Virus record (IMG/VR): IMGVR_UViG_3300037258_000931 | Location: 64,001 to 128,000 of that record | Length of the DNA stretch: 64,000 bases | From: a virus | Lineage: Duplodnaviria > Heunggongvirae > Uroviricota > Caudoviricetes | Strand: one strand, 5' to 3' | Translations under genes and position numbers: made by a program | The notes under the pieces: model-generated | What the model was told of the DNA's origin: nothing | Database searches by the model: none | Seen by the model: the letters and a program-made list of their open reading frames with translations, nothing else | Shown: positions 56,718 to 64,000 of the stretch, in pieces | Layout of the letters: every line of letters begins with the position of its first letter | Position numbering within the stretch: position 1 is the stretch's first letter

Positions 56718-57359
56718 TTATGGTTCCCAGACAAAGACGCGATCGAGGAGGGGGTGTGTGGCGCGGCTGCGCAGGAACGGGAGTTCGAGCTGCTGGTGGG
56801 GTTGCCGGCAGATGTTTTTAGCGCCGTGCACGCCGAGATTGCCGATGAGGATATAGGTGCAGCCGCGGTCGAGGATCTGGTCTTCTTTGACTCCGTACAT
56901 ATTGCCGCCAGCGGCCGGCATGGGCAGATTGGGATCGATCCACTGCGTGATCCAGGAGCCTACGACGACCTCCGGTTGATAGCGATCGATGGCATCGATC
57001 GCATCCACCCGCTCCACGAAGGCAGGGTATTGGATGACCGGATGGCCCATGAGTTCATAGTGGTAGCGAACGTGCGGCCATTGCTGCATGTGGTTGTCGG
57101 TGGCTGGAATGCCCAGATGAAAGGCGAGATCGCCGGTGCCGGAGCCGATCTCGATAGCCTTGCGGGCGCCGATTTTTTCTTTCAGCCAGGCGATCAACTC
57201 GACGGTAGGGTAGCCGTAGCGGGCGTGGCGGTGACCGAAGAGCTGGAGGCTCTGTTGAGAATAGGCGTGGTAGGCCGCAGCGGGCAGCAGCTTGATCTGT
57301 CCATTGGCGTCGAGCAGGGCCGCGGTCTCGATCGAGCGGTCGAGAAGTGTAAAATCCAT
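56718..57359 (-). CDS. SAM-binding methyltransferase-like protein
   Basis: AIEIGSGTG motif I. Confidence 0.6.
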   Translation of the reverse strand: MDFTLLDRSIETAALLDANGQIKLLPAAAYHAYSQQSLQLFGHRHARYGYPTVELIAWLKEKIGARKAIEIGSGTGDLAFHLGIPATDNHMQQWPHVRYHYELMGHPVIQYPAFVERVDAIDAIDRYQPEVVVGSWITQWIDPNLPMPAAGGNMYGVKEDQILDRGCTYILIGNLGVHGAKNICRQPHQQLELPFLRSRATHPLLDRVFVWEP

Positions 57360-57443
57360 GAGAGAATTGTTGCATCGCGGGCGCAAAGGGCGCAATTACT
57401 GTAGGAAGACGGGACAGTCCAGAGTCTGGACTGAAGATGAGCC

Positions 57444-57977
57444 ATGCCAAGCGTTATCTACAGACCGGTGCTGGTCATTAACGCGGCGTACGAGCCGGTG
57501 TCGATCCAACCGGTGCGTTATGCCTTGAGCATGATGGTGAAGAGCAAGGCGGTGATGGTAGAGGATCTCGATGTGGAGATCCGCCCTGGGCTGCGAGTGC
57601 CTTCGGTGATTCGTCTGGAGTTTAACGCCGAGGAGGACAAATACCGCCACTCGCGGATGCCGCGCAAGATGCTGAGCCGGAAAAATATTTATATCCGCGA
57701 CCACTTCAAGTGCCAGTATTGCGGGACGCGGCCCAATCCCCGCGAGCTAACCTTGGATCATGTAACCCCGAAGTCGCTGGGGGGCAGAACCGCGTGGGAA
57801 AATCTGGTGGCGTGCTGCAGAAAATGCAATCATGCCAAAGGCAATAAGACGCTGGCGGAGGCGGGATTGAGCCTGCTGCATCCGCCCCGGGAATTGACAG
57901 TTCACACTCACCGGCATCTGCTTCGCAGGCTGGGACTGGAAGAGGACGAGCGGTGGGGCAAGTATCTTTATGCGTGA
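57444..57977 (+). CDS. HNH endonuclease (McrA-like)
   Basis: [47 protein letters not shown]. Confidence 0.92.
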   Translation: MPSVIYRPVLVINAAYEPVSIQPVRYALSMMVKSKAVMVEDLDVEIRPGLRVPSVIRLEFNAEEDKYRHSRMPRKMLSRKNIYIRDHFKCQYCGTRPNPRELTLDHVTPKSLGGRTAWENLVACCRKCNHAKGNKTLAEAGLSLLHPPRELTVHTHRHLLRRLGLEEDERWGKYLYA

Positions 57978-58007
57978 GGGCGCGAAGATGTGTGGAGGGA
58001 GGAAGCG

Positions 58008-58448
58008 ATGTGTCTGCCGGTACAACCGTTCAAGGTAAAGCGGGAGTGGGAGCATGCGGGACTGCAGTGCGCGGTGACCCAGGCTCAGGAAGCGGGCAAT
58101 CACTGCGGCTATGTCCGTGTGCCGCCGGGGCATTTGTTGCACGGCGTCGGGTTTGAAACCAGCGATCGAGTGCAGTCTCTTGAGGTTCACGGCGGGGTGA
58201 CCTTCTCTGAGCTGGAACCGTGCACCGAGCATGCCGACGGCCAGGGATGGTGGTTGGGTTTCGATTGCGCTCACGCCTGGGATACGCGCTATGATCCGGA
58301 GGCCGACGTCAAGACTCTTTCGCCGGAGGCTGCGTCTATAGTGGAGTGGGCCCGCGACTTTGCCTTTTTGTCTGGTCGCCATTTTTGGACCGAAGCGGAA
58401 GTAGAGGCTGAGTGTGAAAGTCTGGCCGAGCAGTTAGCGGCGATTTAA
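58008..58448 (+). CDS. Hypothetical phage protein
   Basis: HCGYV, VHGGVTF, WWLGFDCAH motifs; GGAGG RBS. Confidence 0.7.
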   Translation: MCLPVQPFKVKREWEHAGLQCAVTQAQEAGNHCGYVRVPPGHLLHGVGFETSDRVQSLEVHGGVTFSELEPCTEHADGQGWWLGFDCAHAWDTRYDPEADVKTLSPEAASIVEWARDFAFLSGRHFWTEAEVEAECESLAEQLAAI

Positions 58449-58460
58449 GGAAAAGCGAAT

Positions 58461-58832
58461 ATGTCAAAGACCACGGTAGGGCCGTTCACCGCATTTGTAG
58501 GCCGGCGGATTGGGATGAGGCGGAAGACTAAAAAAATCCCCGCAGAAGAGATGGCCAGAAAAATCGGCGTGAGCCAGACGGTGCTGGACAACATGGAGCG
58601 CGGCCTGTGCCACATCAATCTGGAGCAGCTAATGCAGTTTGCGCGCTGGCTGACGCCCACCAGCGATCTGCTGGGGCTGCCGCAGATGGTGGACGAGGAC
58701 ATGAACGACTACCTGGACAAGCGCATCCGGGCGATGACCGAGGAGGAGCTGCGCGCCTGGCAGAGCGATCCGGCACCCTATCTGGAAGACCGGCGCCGGC
58801 TGTTTGTGCTGGACCTGGATGAAGGCCAGTGA
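58461..58832 (+). CDS. XRE-family HTH protein
   Basis: IPAEEMARKIGVSQTVLDNMERG. Confidence 0.8.
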   Translation: MSKTTVGPFTAFVGRRIGMRRKTKKIPAEEMARKIGVSQTVLDNMERGLCHINLEQLMQFARWLTPTSDLLGLPQMVDEDMNDYLDKRIRAMTEEELRAWQSDPAPYLEDRRRLFVLDLDEGQ

Positions 58833-59329
58833 CTCCGGTTCCCGAACACCCGCGTTATCGCGCCATGTGGAGCCTGCTGGAGCGGGGCTGGACGTTGACC
58901 GCGATCGGGGTTGAGCACGGCTTGACCCGGGAGCGGGTACGGCAGATCGTGGGCAACTTCGGGCATCGCGAATTAGGGCCTAACCAGGCCATCGCCGCTC
59001 GGTTCAGCCTTCAGATCGTTGAACAGTGGAAAGCTGGCAAGACCAACCGGCAGATTGCCACCGCTCTCGATATTCCTCTAGCCGCGGTGGTGGCGATCGG
59101 ACTGCGGGCGAACTACCGGTATCAGCAGCATGGCACCTTGCAGAGTTATCGCAGGGGATGCAAATGCGACGCCTGCAGAACGGCCAACAGCCAACACACG
59201 AAAAGCATGAACGCACGGCTGCGCACGCAGGGCCGCTGCGTGCGGTGCGGGGGGCCGTCGCCGTTGACCTGGGTGTGCGCGGCATGCGTGCGAAAAAATG
59301 CCGAGAGTCGGGCTAAAAAATTTACTTGA
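58829..59329 (+). CDS. Sigma-region-4-like HTH protein with C-terminal Cys motifs
   Basis: TLTAIGVEHGLTRERVRQI; HGT..GCKCDAC; CVRC/CAAC. Confidence 0.7.
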   Translation: MTPVPEHPRYRAMWSLLERGWTLTAIGVEHGLTRERVRQIVGNFGHRELGPNQAIAARFSLQIVEQWKAGKTNRQIATALDIPLAAVVAIGLRANYRYQQHGTLQSYRRGCKCDACRTANSQHTKSMNARLRTQGRCVRCGGPSPLTWVCAACVRKNAESRAKKFT

Positions 59330-59354
59330 CAGAATTCTCGGCATTGGCTAGGGT
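59326..59354 (+). promoter_or_regulatory. Sigma70 promoter of the tRNA operon
   Basis: TTGACA-N17-TAGGGT; predicted +1 at 59361-59362. Confidence 0.8.
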
Positions 59355-59361
59355 TGACTTC

Positions 59362-59433
59362 ATGAAGCAGGTTTTATCCAGTTCGTCGCTCTCATTGTGC
59401 TCGCTCCTGTATTCGTATGGGGGACGTGTCTGA
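59362..59433 (+). CDS. Leaderless attenuator-like leader peptide MKQVLSSSSLSLCSLLYSYGGRV
   Basis: ATG at the predicted +1; codons 5-19 are all Leu/Ser/Cys/Tyr; absent from the ORF track (23 aa). Confidence 0.8.
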   Translation: MKQVLSSSSLSLCSLLYSYGGRV

Positions 59434-59462
59434 GCGGGAACCTACGTTCGGATGCGGACCCT
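59419..59462 (+). promoter_or_regulatory. Antiterminator hairpin
   Basis: 59425-59436 pairs with 59445-59456 (12 bp, 4 GU), tandem G.A, then GGGG 59419-22 with CCCT 59459-62, which overlaps the terminator 5' arm. Confidence 0.7.
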
Positions 59463-59484
59463 GGCTAACCAGCCAGGGTTTTTT
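59458..59484 (+). terminator. Intrinsic terminator between the leader and the first tRNA
   Basis: ACCCTGGCT-AACC-AGCCAGGGT followed by TTTTT. Confidence 0.9.
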
Positions 59485-59522
59485 AATTGCGCCGAACTTT
59501 TTGGATTGCAATTGCGGATTGT

Positions 59523-59598
59523 GCGCGCGTGGTGAAAGGGCAAACACGACCGATTTAAGATCGGTTCACTGGGAGTTCGAATCTCTCCGCGCGCACCA
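59523..59598 (+). tRNA. trnL: tRNA-Leu(UAA) with a short 5-nt variable loop
   Basis: GCGCGCG/CGCGCGC acceptor, ACCGA-TTTAAGA-TCGGT, A73, encoded CCA. Confidence 0.88.
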
Positions 59599-59669
59599 TA
59601 AAACAGGTTTCAGGGATCAGGGATCAGTAAAAGCCAGGGGCCAGGGATCAGGATCAGGGGTCCGTTGAG

Positions 59670-59746
59670 GGGCGAGTAGCCAAGACGGTAAGGCATGCGC
59701 CTGCAAAGTGCATCATGCGGGAGTTCGATTCTCCCCTCGCTCTCCA
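59670..59746 (+). tRNA. trnC: tRNA-Cys(GCA)
   Basis: Loop CTGCAAA, U73, encoded CCA. Confidence 0.9.
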
Positions 59747-59770
59747 GAATTACGATGTGGATTAGGTTGT

Positions 59771-59852
59771 GCGCCTGTGGCGTAATGGAAGCCGCGCTCG
59801 TCTTAGGAACGAGTCCTTCGGGGTGGGGGTTCGAGTCCCTCCAGGCGCACCA
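59771..59852 (+). tRNA. trnL: tRNA-Leu(UAG)
   Basis: CTCGT-CTTAGGA-ACGAG, variable arm, A73-CCA. Confidence 0.92.
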
Positions 59853-59856
59853 ATAA

Positions 59857-60036
59857 CAGAGATCAGTAGTCAGGGGTCAGGGGTCAGTTAAGTGCAAAGG
59901 CAAAAGCAAGAGCAACCGCGGGTCCTTCGGCTTCGGTCGCTTTGCTCCCTTCGCTCAGGATGACAACCGATTTAGGTGCTCAGGATGACAGGTTTTTACT
60001 GATCCCTGATCTCTGACCTCTGATCGCTGATCTCTG
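59857..60036. mobile_element. Composite element family A, copy 5, between two tRNA-Leu genes
   Basis: Same nested architecture. Confidence 0.7.
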
Positions 60037-60043
60037 TTCGCTT

Positions 60044-60127
60044 GCCGGTCTGGCGGAACGGAAGACGCGCTGGACTCAAAACCCAGTGTCTTAGGACGTG
60101 CGGGTTCGATTCCCGCGGCCGGCACCA
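60044..60127 (+). tRNA. trnL: tRNA-Leu(CAA)
   Basis: Loop CTCAAAA, variable arm GTC-TTAG-GAC, A73-CCA. Confidence 0.92.
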
Positions 60128-60133
60128 GAATTA

Positions 60134-60219
60134 GGAGCGCGGGCAGGACGGTAATGCAACTGCTTGCTAAGCAGCACATCTTTCGGGATGACGGTGTTCG
60201 ATTCACCGGCGCTCCGCCA
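60134..60219 (+). tRNA. trnS: tRNA-Ser(GCU)
   Basis: Loop TTGCTAA, long variable arm, G73-CCA. Confidence 0.88.
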
Positions 60220-60236
60220 TATTTATAATTGCGGCC

Positions 60237-60410
60237 ATGGAAGAAAAGAAGATCTGGCCTATTAGCTGCTTTACGGGAGAGTTCCCGGCTGGCGCGTGGC
60301 GGTTTGTCCGCGAGTATTACGGCACTGAATCTGAGGCGTATGCGCTGGCGGCGGCGCTTGAAGCTGAGCGGGATGACGGCCAATATCGCGTGTGGGATTG
60401 CAGAGAATAA
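60237..60410 (+). CDS. Small hypothetical protein (57 aa, MEEKKIWPIS...) between tRNAs
   Basis: Fills the gap between the two tRNA-Ser genes; read by hand. Confidence 0.45.
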   Translation: MEEKKIWPISCFTGEFPAGAWRFVREYYGTESEAYALAAALEAERDDGQYRVWDCRE

Positions 60411-60414
60411 GTTT

Positions 60415-60509
60415 GGAAGCGTGGACGAGTTGCGAAAGTCACCAGTCTCGAAAACTGGCGTGCGCATCGGAAGGTGCCACCGGGGGTTGAATTCCCTCCG
60501 CTTCCGCCA
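60415..60509 (+). tRNA. trnS: tRNA-Ser(CGA)
   Basis: CCAGT-CTCGAAA-ACTGG, long arm, G73-CCA; T-loop TTGAATT is atypical. Confidence 0.85.
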
Positions 60510-60574
60510 TGATCATGCCGCGCATAGGGAATGAATGCCACCGGGCGCGCCGCGGCAGACGGAACGAATCCTGA

Positions 60575-60602
60575 TTGACCCTTTTTGAAACGCGCCTAAG
60601 AT
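60575..60602 (+). promoter_or_regulatory. Candidate internal promoter
   Basis: TTGACC-N16-TAAGAT. Confidence 0.45.
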
Positions 60603-60608
60603 AAGGGC

Positions 60609-60815
60609 GTGGACCACTGGATCTTGAAGACGGACCGGTGCCGGCACTGCGGCAAGGTGACCTACGAGAGCCAGCAAGACGCCGAATACGCGGCGCGCAA
60701 CCTGGTTCCGGCGCAGGCGCCGTATAAGTGCCTGTACGGGAACGGCTGGCATTTGACCACGGTACGGCCTGGGCCGGGGGAGAGATCAGGCATGCGGCAA
60801 GCCTACCCCGTCTGA
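60609..60815 (+). CDS. Small zinc-finger-like protein overlapping a tRNA
   Basis: CRHCGK..Y..C..WH pattern; GTG after AAGGG. Confidence 0.55.
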   Translation: MDHWILKTDRCRHCGKVTYESQQDAEYAARNLVPAQAPYKCLYGNGWHLTTVRPGPGERSGMRQAYPV

Positions 60816-60866
60816 AGCGGGACATACCGCAAGGTATTGCGAGTTCGACTCTCGCTCTCTCCGCCA
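60779..60866 (+). tRNA. trnS: tRNA-Ser(UGA) with atypical C33
   Basis: GGAGAGA/TCTCTCC acceptor, loop TCTGAAG, arm ATACC-GCAA-GGTAT, G73-CCA. Confidence 0.8.
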
Positions 60867-60880
60867 TTTATAAAAGATCC

Positions 60881-61348
60881 ATGCCGCAATTATTTTTAGA
60901 CTGTGACGGGGTGTTGGCCGATTTCGATCGCGGAGCGGAAAGCGTATTTGGATGTCCGCCCCGCAAGTTTGAAGAGCAGCACGGTACGCACTGGTTCTGG
61001 AAGACGTTGCACGGCTACCGGGACTTTTATGCGACGCTGCCGGCGATGGCTGATGCTCAAGTGCTTTTTGACGCGGTGAAGCACCTGGGTCCGGTGATTT
61101 TGACCGGTTGTCCGCAAGGCGGCTGGGCTCAGGAACAGAAGTTGCGCTGGCGCGACCAGCACTTTCCCGGGGTGGAGATGATTACCACGCTCTCGAAAGA
61201 TAAGCGGGACCACGGCCGGCCTGGCGACGTTCTGGTGGATGACTATCTGAAATACCGACCGCGGTGGGAAGAGATGGGTGGGATCTTTGTGCATCACCGG
61301 TCGGCTCATGATTCCCTGCAAGCATTGCGAGGGTTAGGTGTGCTTTAA
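60881..61348 (+). CDS. HAD-superfamily 5'(3')-deoxyribonucleotidase-like phosphatase
   Basis: FLDCDGVLADF, ILTG, LVDD. Confidence 0.85.
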   Translation: MPQLFLDCDGVLADFDRGAESVFGCPPRKFEEQHGTHWFWKTLHGYRDFYATLPAMADAQVLFDAVKHLGPVILTGCPQGGWAQEQKLRWRDQHFPGVEMITTLSKDKRDHGRPGDVLVDDYLKYRPRWEEMGGIFVHHRSAHDSLQALRGLGVL

Positions 61349-61355
61349 TTTGCAA

Positions 61356-61447
61356 GCATGTGTGGCAGAGTGGCGATTGCGCCTGGCTGTAAACCAGGTC
61401 CCCTGAGCGGGCTAACACCGGTGGTTCGAATCCATCCGCATGCACCA
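61356..61447 (+). tRNA. trnY: tRNA-Tyr(GUA)
   Basis: CCTGG-CTGTAAA-CCAGG, long arm, A73-CCA. Confidence 0.92.
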
Positions 61448-61466
61448 GTTGGAAAGGGAACCGAGG

Positions 61467-61766
61467 ATGACGAGACTTATTGCTATGAGCCTGCTGGCGC
61501 TGTCGGTGCTGGTTCAAAACGTAATTCTGGTGCGGCAGCGGGCGCTCCTGCAGAAAGAGTTGGGGACGATCACCCTGCAGTCGGCGACCTTAGAGGCTCA
61601 GAATCAAGCCATCCGGGCCCAGCAGGAGGCCATTGCCCGGCTCAAGGAAGCCTGCGGATATGAGCTGAAGGACTATACGGCGCCGCGGGCCGCCAACGAT
61701 GGCGCTGCGGGCCATAGCATTTGGGGATTTTCCGCCTCTTTGTACCCCTTTTTGACACGACCGTGA
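61467..61766 (+). CDS. Membrane-anchored coiled-coil protein
   Basis: GAGG RBS, N-terminal TM followed by heptads. Confidence 0.6.
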   Translation: MTRLIAMSLLALSVLVQNVILVRQRALLQKELGTITLQSATLEAQNQAIRAQQEAIARLKEACGYELKDYTAPRAANDGAAGHSIWGFSASLYPFLTRP

Positions 61767-61793
61767 CGATTGCTGCATCCTACTGGTTAAGGA

Positions 61794-62267
61794 ATGACCT
61801 TCTTTCATGCCAACGAAGAGCGTCTGCTTTTGGAGCGCACTCTAAAGCTGCTGGAACGACTGGAATCCGCAGTCGCCCGCATCGAGCGCCGGCTGTCGAA
61901 GGTTACCGATGTCTGTGGCGGCGTGATGTCGCAAAGAGGAGATCCCATGGCACTGCTTTCCATCGCACCAGGCAACAGCCCGCAGTTTGAAGTGACTCCC
62001 ACCCCGGCCGGCGTGACTACGGCGGCGGCCAACGCAGTGTGGAGCAGCTCGGACACGACCAACGCGCCGGTCACGGCGAATTCCGCCGACGCGGCCGACC
62101 TGTCGGCCACCGTCAACATACCCAGCGAGGCTGTGGCAGGCACAGACTTTGTGCTGACCTGGACCTACACCAACGCGGACGGCACCACAGCCACGGTGAC
62201 GGGCAGCTACACGATCGTGGCGGTAGTGGAGGCCGTGACCGGCGGCACAATGGCCCAGAGCGTTTAG
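61794..62267 (+). CDS. Coiled-coil plus Ig-like domain protein
   Basis: AAGGA RBS; AVWSSSD Ig (Big_2)-type motif. Confidence 0.6.
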   Translation: MTFFHANEERLLLERTLKLLERLESAVARIERRLSKVTDVCGGVMSQRGDPMALLSIAPGNSPQFEVTPTPAGVTTAAANAVWSSSDTTNAPVTANSADAADLSATVNIPSEAVAGTDFVLTWTYTNADGTTATVTGSYTIVAVVEAVTGGTMAQSV

Positions 62268-62377
62268 TTTTCTGATGGCGTCCATGGATGCTGGTGGACG
62301 GCGACGTAAAAACAGGCGGTCCCGAGATTAGATTTCGATCAGGTCTCGATCAGGTCAAAAGTTACCTACGAGGGGAG

Positions 62378-62417
62378 ACGGCCTTCCGGCTGGGACAGCG
62401 GAAGGCCGTTTTATTTT
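62378..62417 (+). terminator. Intrinsic terminator
   Basis: ACGGCCTTCCG/CGGAAGGCCGT stem followed by TTTATTTT. Confidence 0.75.
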
Positions 62418-62474
62418 AGAAAAAATTGCAGCCGTCGCTTGCCGCTGTACGCAAACTGTGCGAACATTCTCCTC

Positions 62475-62687
62475 ATGTGGCGTAAAGAAGATGTGGTGGA
62501 GAGGCTGAAAAGGGATCAGGGAGAACGCTCGCTGCGCGAATACGCAAAGGCAATAGTCTGCTCGCCGGCTTACCTCAGCGATGTCTATCTGGGCAGACGC
62601 AATCCTGGACCTAAAATGCTCGACCATCTAGATCTTGAGGCTGAAACCGTAAAAGTGACAACGTATCGGAAGAGGAGATGGAGATGA
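62475..62687 (+). CDS. XRE-like HTH protein
   Basis: SLREYAKAIVCSPAYLSDVYLGRRNPG. Confidence 0.75.
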   Translation: MWRKEDVVERLKRDQGERSLREYAKAIVCSPAYLSDVYLGRRNPGPKMLDHLDLEAETVKVTTYRKRRWR

Positions 62688-63568
62688 TTGCGACAGAAAC
62701 GAAGGCTGAAACTAGAGCCAAGGCGCCCAAGAAGGGGCAGCCTAAGAAGCACGCGCCCGAAAAACCATCCGCACGTAAGACCGGTTTGAAGAAGGTACGG
62801 GTGCTGGTGCAGTTTATTCAGGACCGCAGCGGGAGCATGCGCGATGTATGGGACGAGACTATGAGCGGCTATCGCAAGTTTGTGGAAGAGCTGCGCGAAG
62901 GTTGCGACAAGGACAACGTGGAGTACCTGTTTTCGTTAACGGTTTTCGATACCCTGGTGGAAACTCCGATCGTTGCTCGGCCGGTAAAGGCCGTGGACCT
63001 GAACGCGCTGCGACCGCACGGGCCGCGGGGGATGACGGCACTCTACGATGCAGTGGGCATGACCATCGAGAAGACCGATGAGGCGAAAGCGGGCGCGGAC
63101 AAGGTTATTGTGGTGATTGTGACCGATGGCCACGAGAACTCCAGCCGCGAGTGGAGCAAGGAAAAACTGCACACCGCGGTGGAAGCCAAGCTGAACGCGG
63201 GCAATTGGACATTCACTTATCTGGGCACTCAGCCAGAGACCTGGAACGATGCTGCGGCTTTTGGCGTGCAGGCCGGCTCGACGGTAGCTTATGATCCGGG
63301 GCAGGCACAGGCGGCCTACGCAGTTACCGGGCAGGCGGTGCGTACGATGTCGATGTCGTCTGAACGGGGCTCGCGGACCATGATGCGCAGCTTTATGCCT
63401 ATGGGTGCGGCGGCGAAAGCGGGGATACGGATGAACCCGCCGGCTGCGACGACGGCAAAGGCGCCGACGACTGCAAAGACATTAGCAGCGTCGCGGCCGC
63501 GCCCTATGGCGACGCCGCGCACGCCTCACAAGCAGAACTCAGTACCGGCGACGGGGCGCTGGCGGTAA
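62678..63568 (+). CDS. vWA domain protein
   Basis: DRSGSM MIDAS, TALYDAVG, VIVTDGHENSS. Confidence 0.88.
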   Translation: MEMIATETKAETRAKAPKKGQPKKHAPEKPSARKTGLKKVRVLVQFIQDRSGSMRDVWDETMSGYRKFVEELREGCDKDNVEYLFSLTVFDTLVETPIVARPVKAVDLNALRPHGPRGMTALYDAVGMTIEKTDEAKAGADKVIVVIVTDGHENSSREWSKEKLHTAVEAKLNAGNWTFTYLGTQPETWNDAAAFGVQAGSTVAYDPGQAQAAYAVTGQAVRTMSMSSERGSRTMMRSFMPMGAAAKAGIRMNPPAATTAKAPTTAKTLAASRPRPMATPRTPHKQNSVPATGRWR

Positions 63569-63578
63569 AATTGCGGAC

Positions 63579-63782
63579 ATGACGCTGGGACCTGGAAAAT
63601 ACGATGAGCAGTGCACGGCGGCGCGCCGGGATACCGACGCGCTGGGTGTGCTTTTGATTGTTTTCAACGGCCGTTACGGTCACGGGTTTTCCGCGCAGTT
63701 GCCGGCGGAGATTTTGCCCACGGTGCCGGAGATCCTGCGTCAGGTGGCCAGGGAGATCGAAGCGTCTATCCCCAGGGCTTGA
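63579..63782 (+). CDS. Hypothetical protein (67 aa)
   Basis: Follows the vWA gene in the same orientation. Confidence 0.5.
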   Translation: MTLGPGKYDEQCTAARRDTDALGVLLIVFNGRYGHGFSAQLPAEILPTVPEILRQVAREIEASIPRA

Positions 63783-64000
63783 ACCGGTGCTATACTTTCC
63801 CCGCGGGGAGGGAAAAGTGGCAATCCGCCGGGCTCATAATCCGGAGAAGCCCGTTCAACCCGGGCTCCCGCAACCAAGCTTTGATTTGCCTGATCGGCGG
63901 TTTCGATCGGGATGCCGGCTCAGTGGTGATGCACGTTTGTTGCTCGACCTTGTATAGAGCCGGCAAGTTTGAACCGGGGAGAATGCAGCGGTAGCTTAGC

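Noticed and set aside
60779-60866. Suppressor tRNA or alternative genetic code
   Set aside because: The anticodon reads UGA (Ser, for UCA codons), not UCA/CUA/UUA, and genes are intact under code 11
59417-60867. ORFs 59417..59668, 59955..60467, 60229..60534 and 60439..60867
   Set aside because: They overlap well-formed tRNA genes, the terminator or repeat elements
62335-62356. Tandem TCGATCAGGTC duplication
   Set aside because: Two 11-nt copies only, with no other occurrence or context to support a function

Overview
The window is a segment of a GC-rich tailed bacteriophage or prophage with short-tail (podovirus-like) architecture. No integrase, polymerase or helicase is recognisable, so the genome probably extends beyond the window. 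From left to right: (1) a leftward module with a MoxR-type AAA+ ATPase, a DUF3150-like protein and a HExxH/vWA protein (60-4304); (2) a divergent non-coding region with GCGCAA repeats; (3) a long rightward late region with terminase, probable portal, scaffold, major capsid, adaptors, signal-peptide-bearing Cys-paired fibre/spike-like proteins, GH108 endolysin, nozzle and ejection proteins (5399-46958); (4) an apparently nuclease-dead Cas4/AddB-like gene abutting a 7-repeat CRISPR array with a leader but no other cas genes (47166-48800); (5) a leftward glycosyltransferase/methyltransferase/epimerase cluster (49879-57359); (6) HNH and HTH genes, then eight tRNA genes (3 Leu, 3 Ser, Cys, Tyr) with interspersed ORFs. 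The two strongest observations: first, a leaderless 23-codon ORF with 15 consecutive Leu/Ser/Cys/Tyr codons, plus overlapping antiterminator and terminator hairpins, sits directly ahead of the tRNA cluster and looks like a ribosome-stalling attenuator that would switch on phage tRNAs when those tRNAs are depleted; second, a seven-copy covarying RNA element with two alternative folds lies in front of late genes. Several intergenic repeat families resemble, from recollection only, Acidobacteria repeats. All calls were made by eye; no database search or folding program was run.
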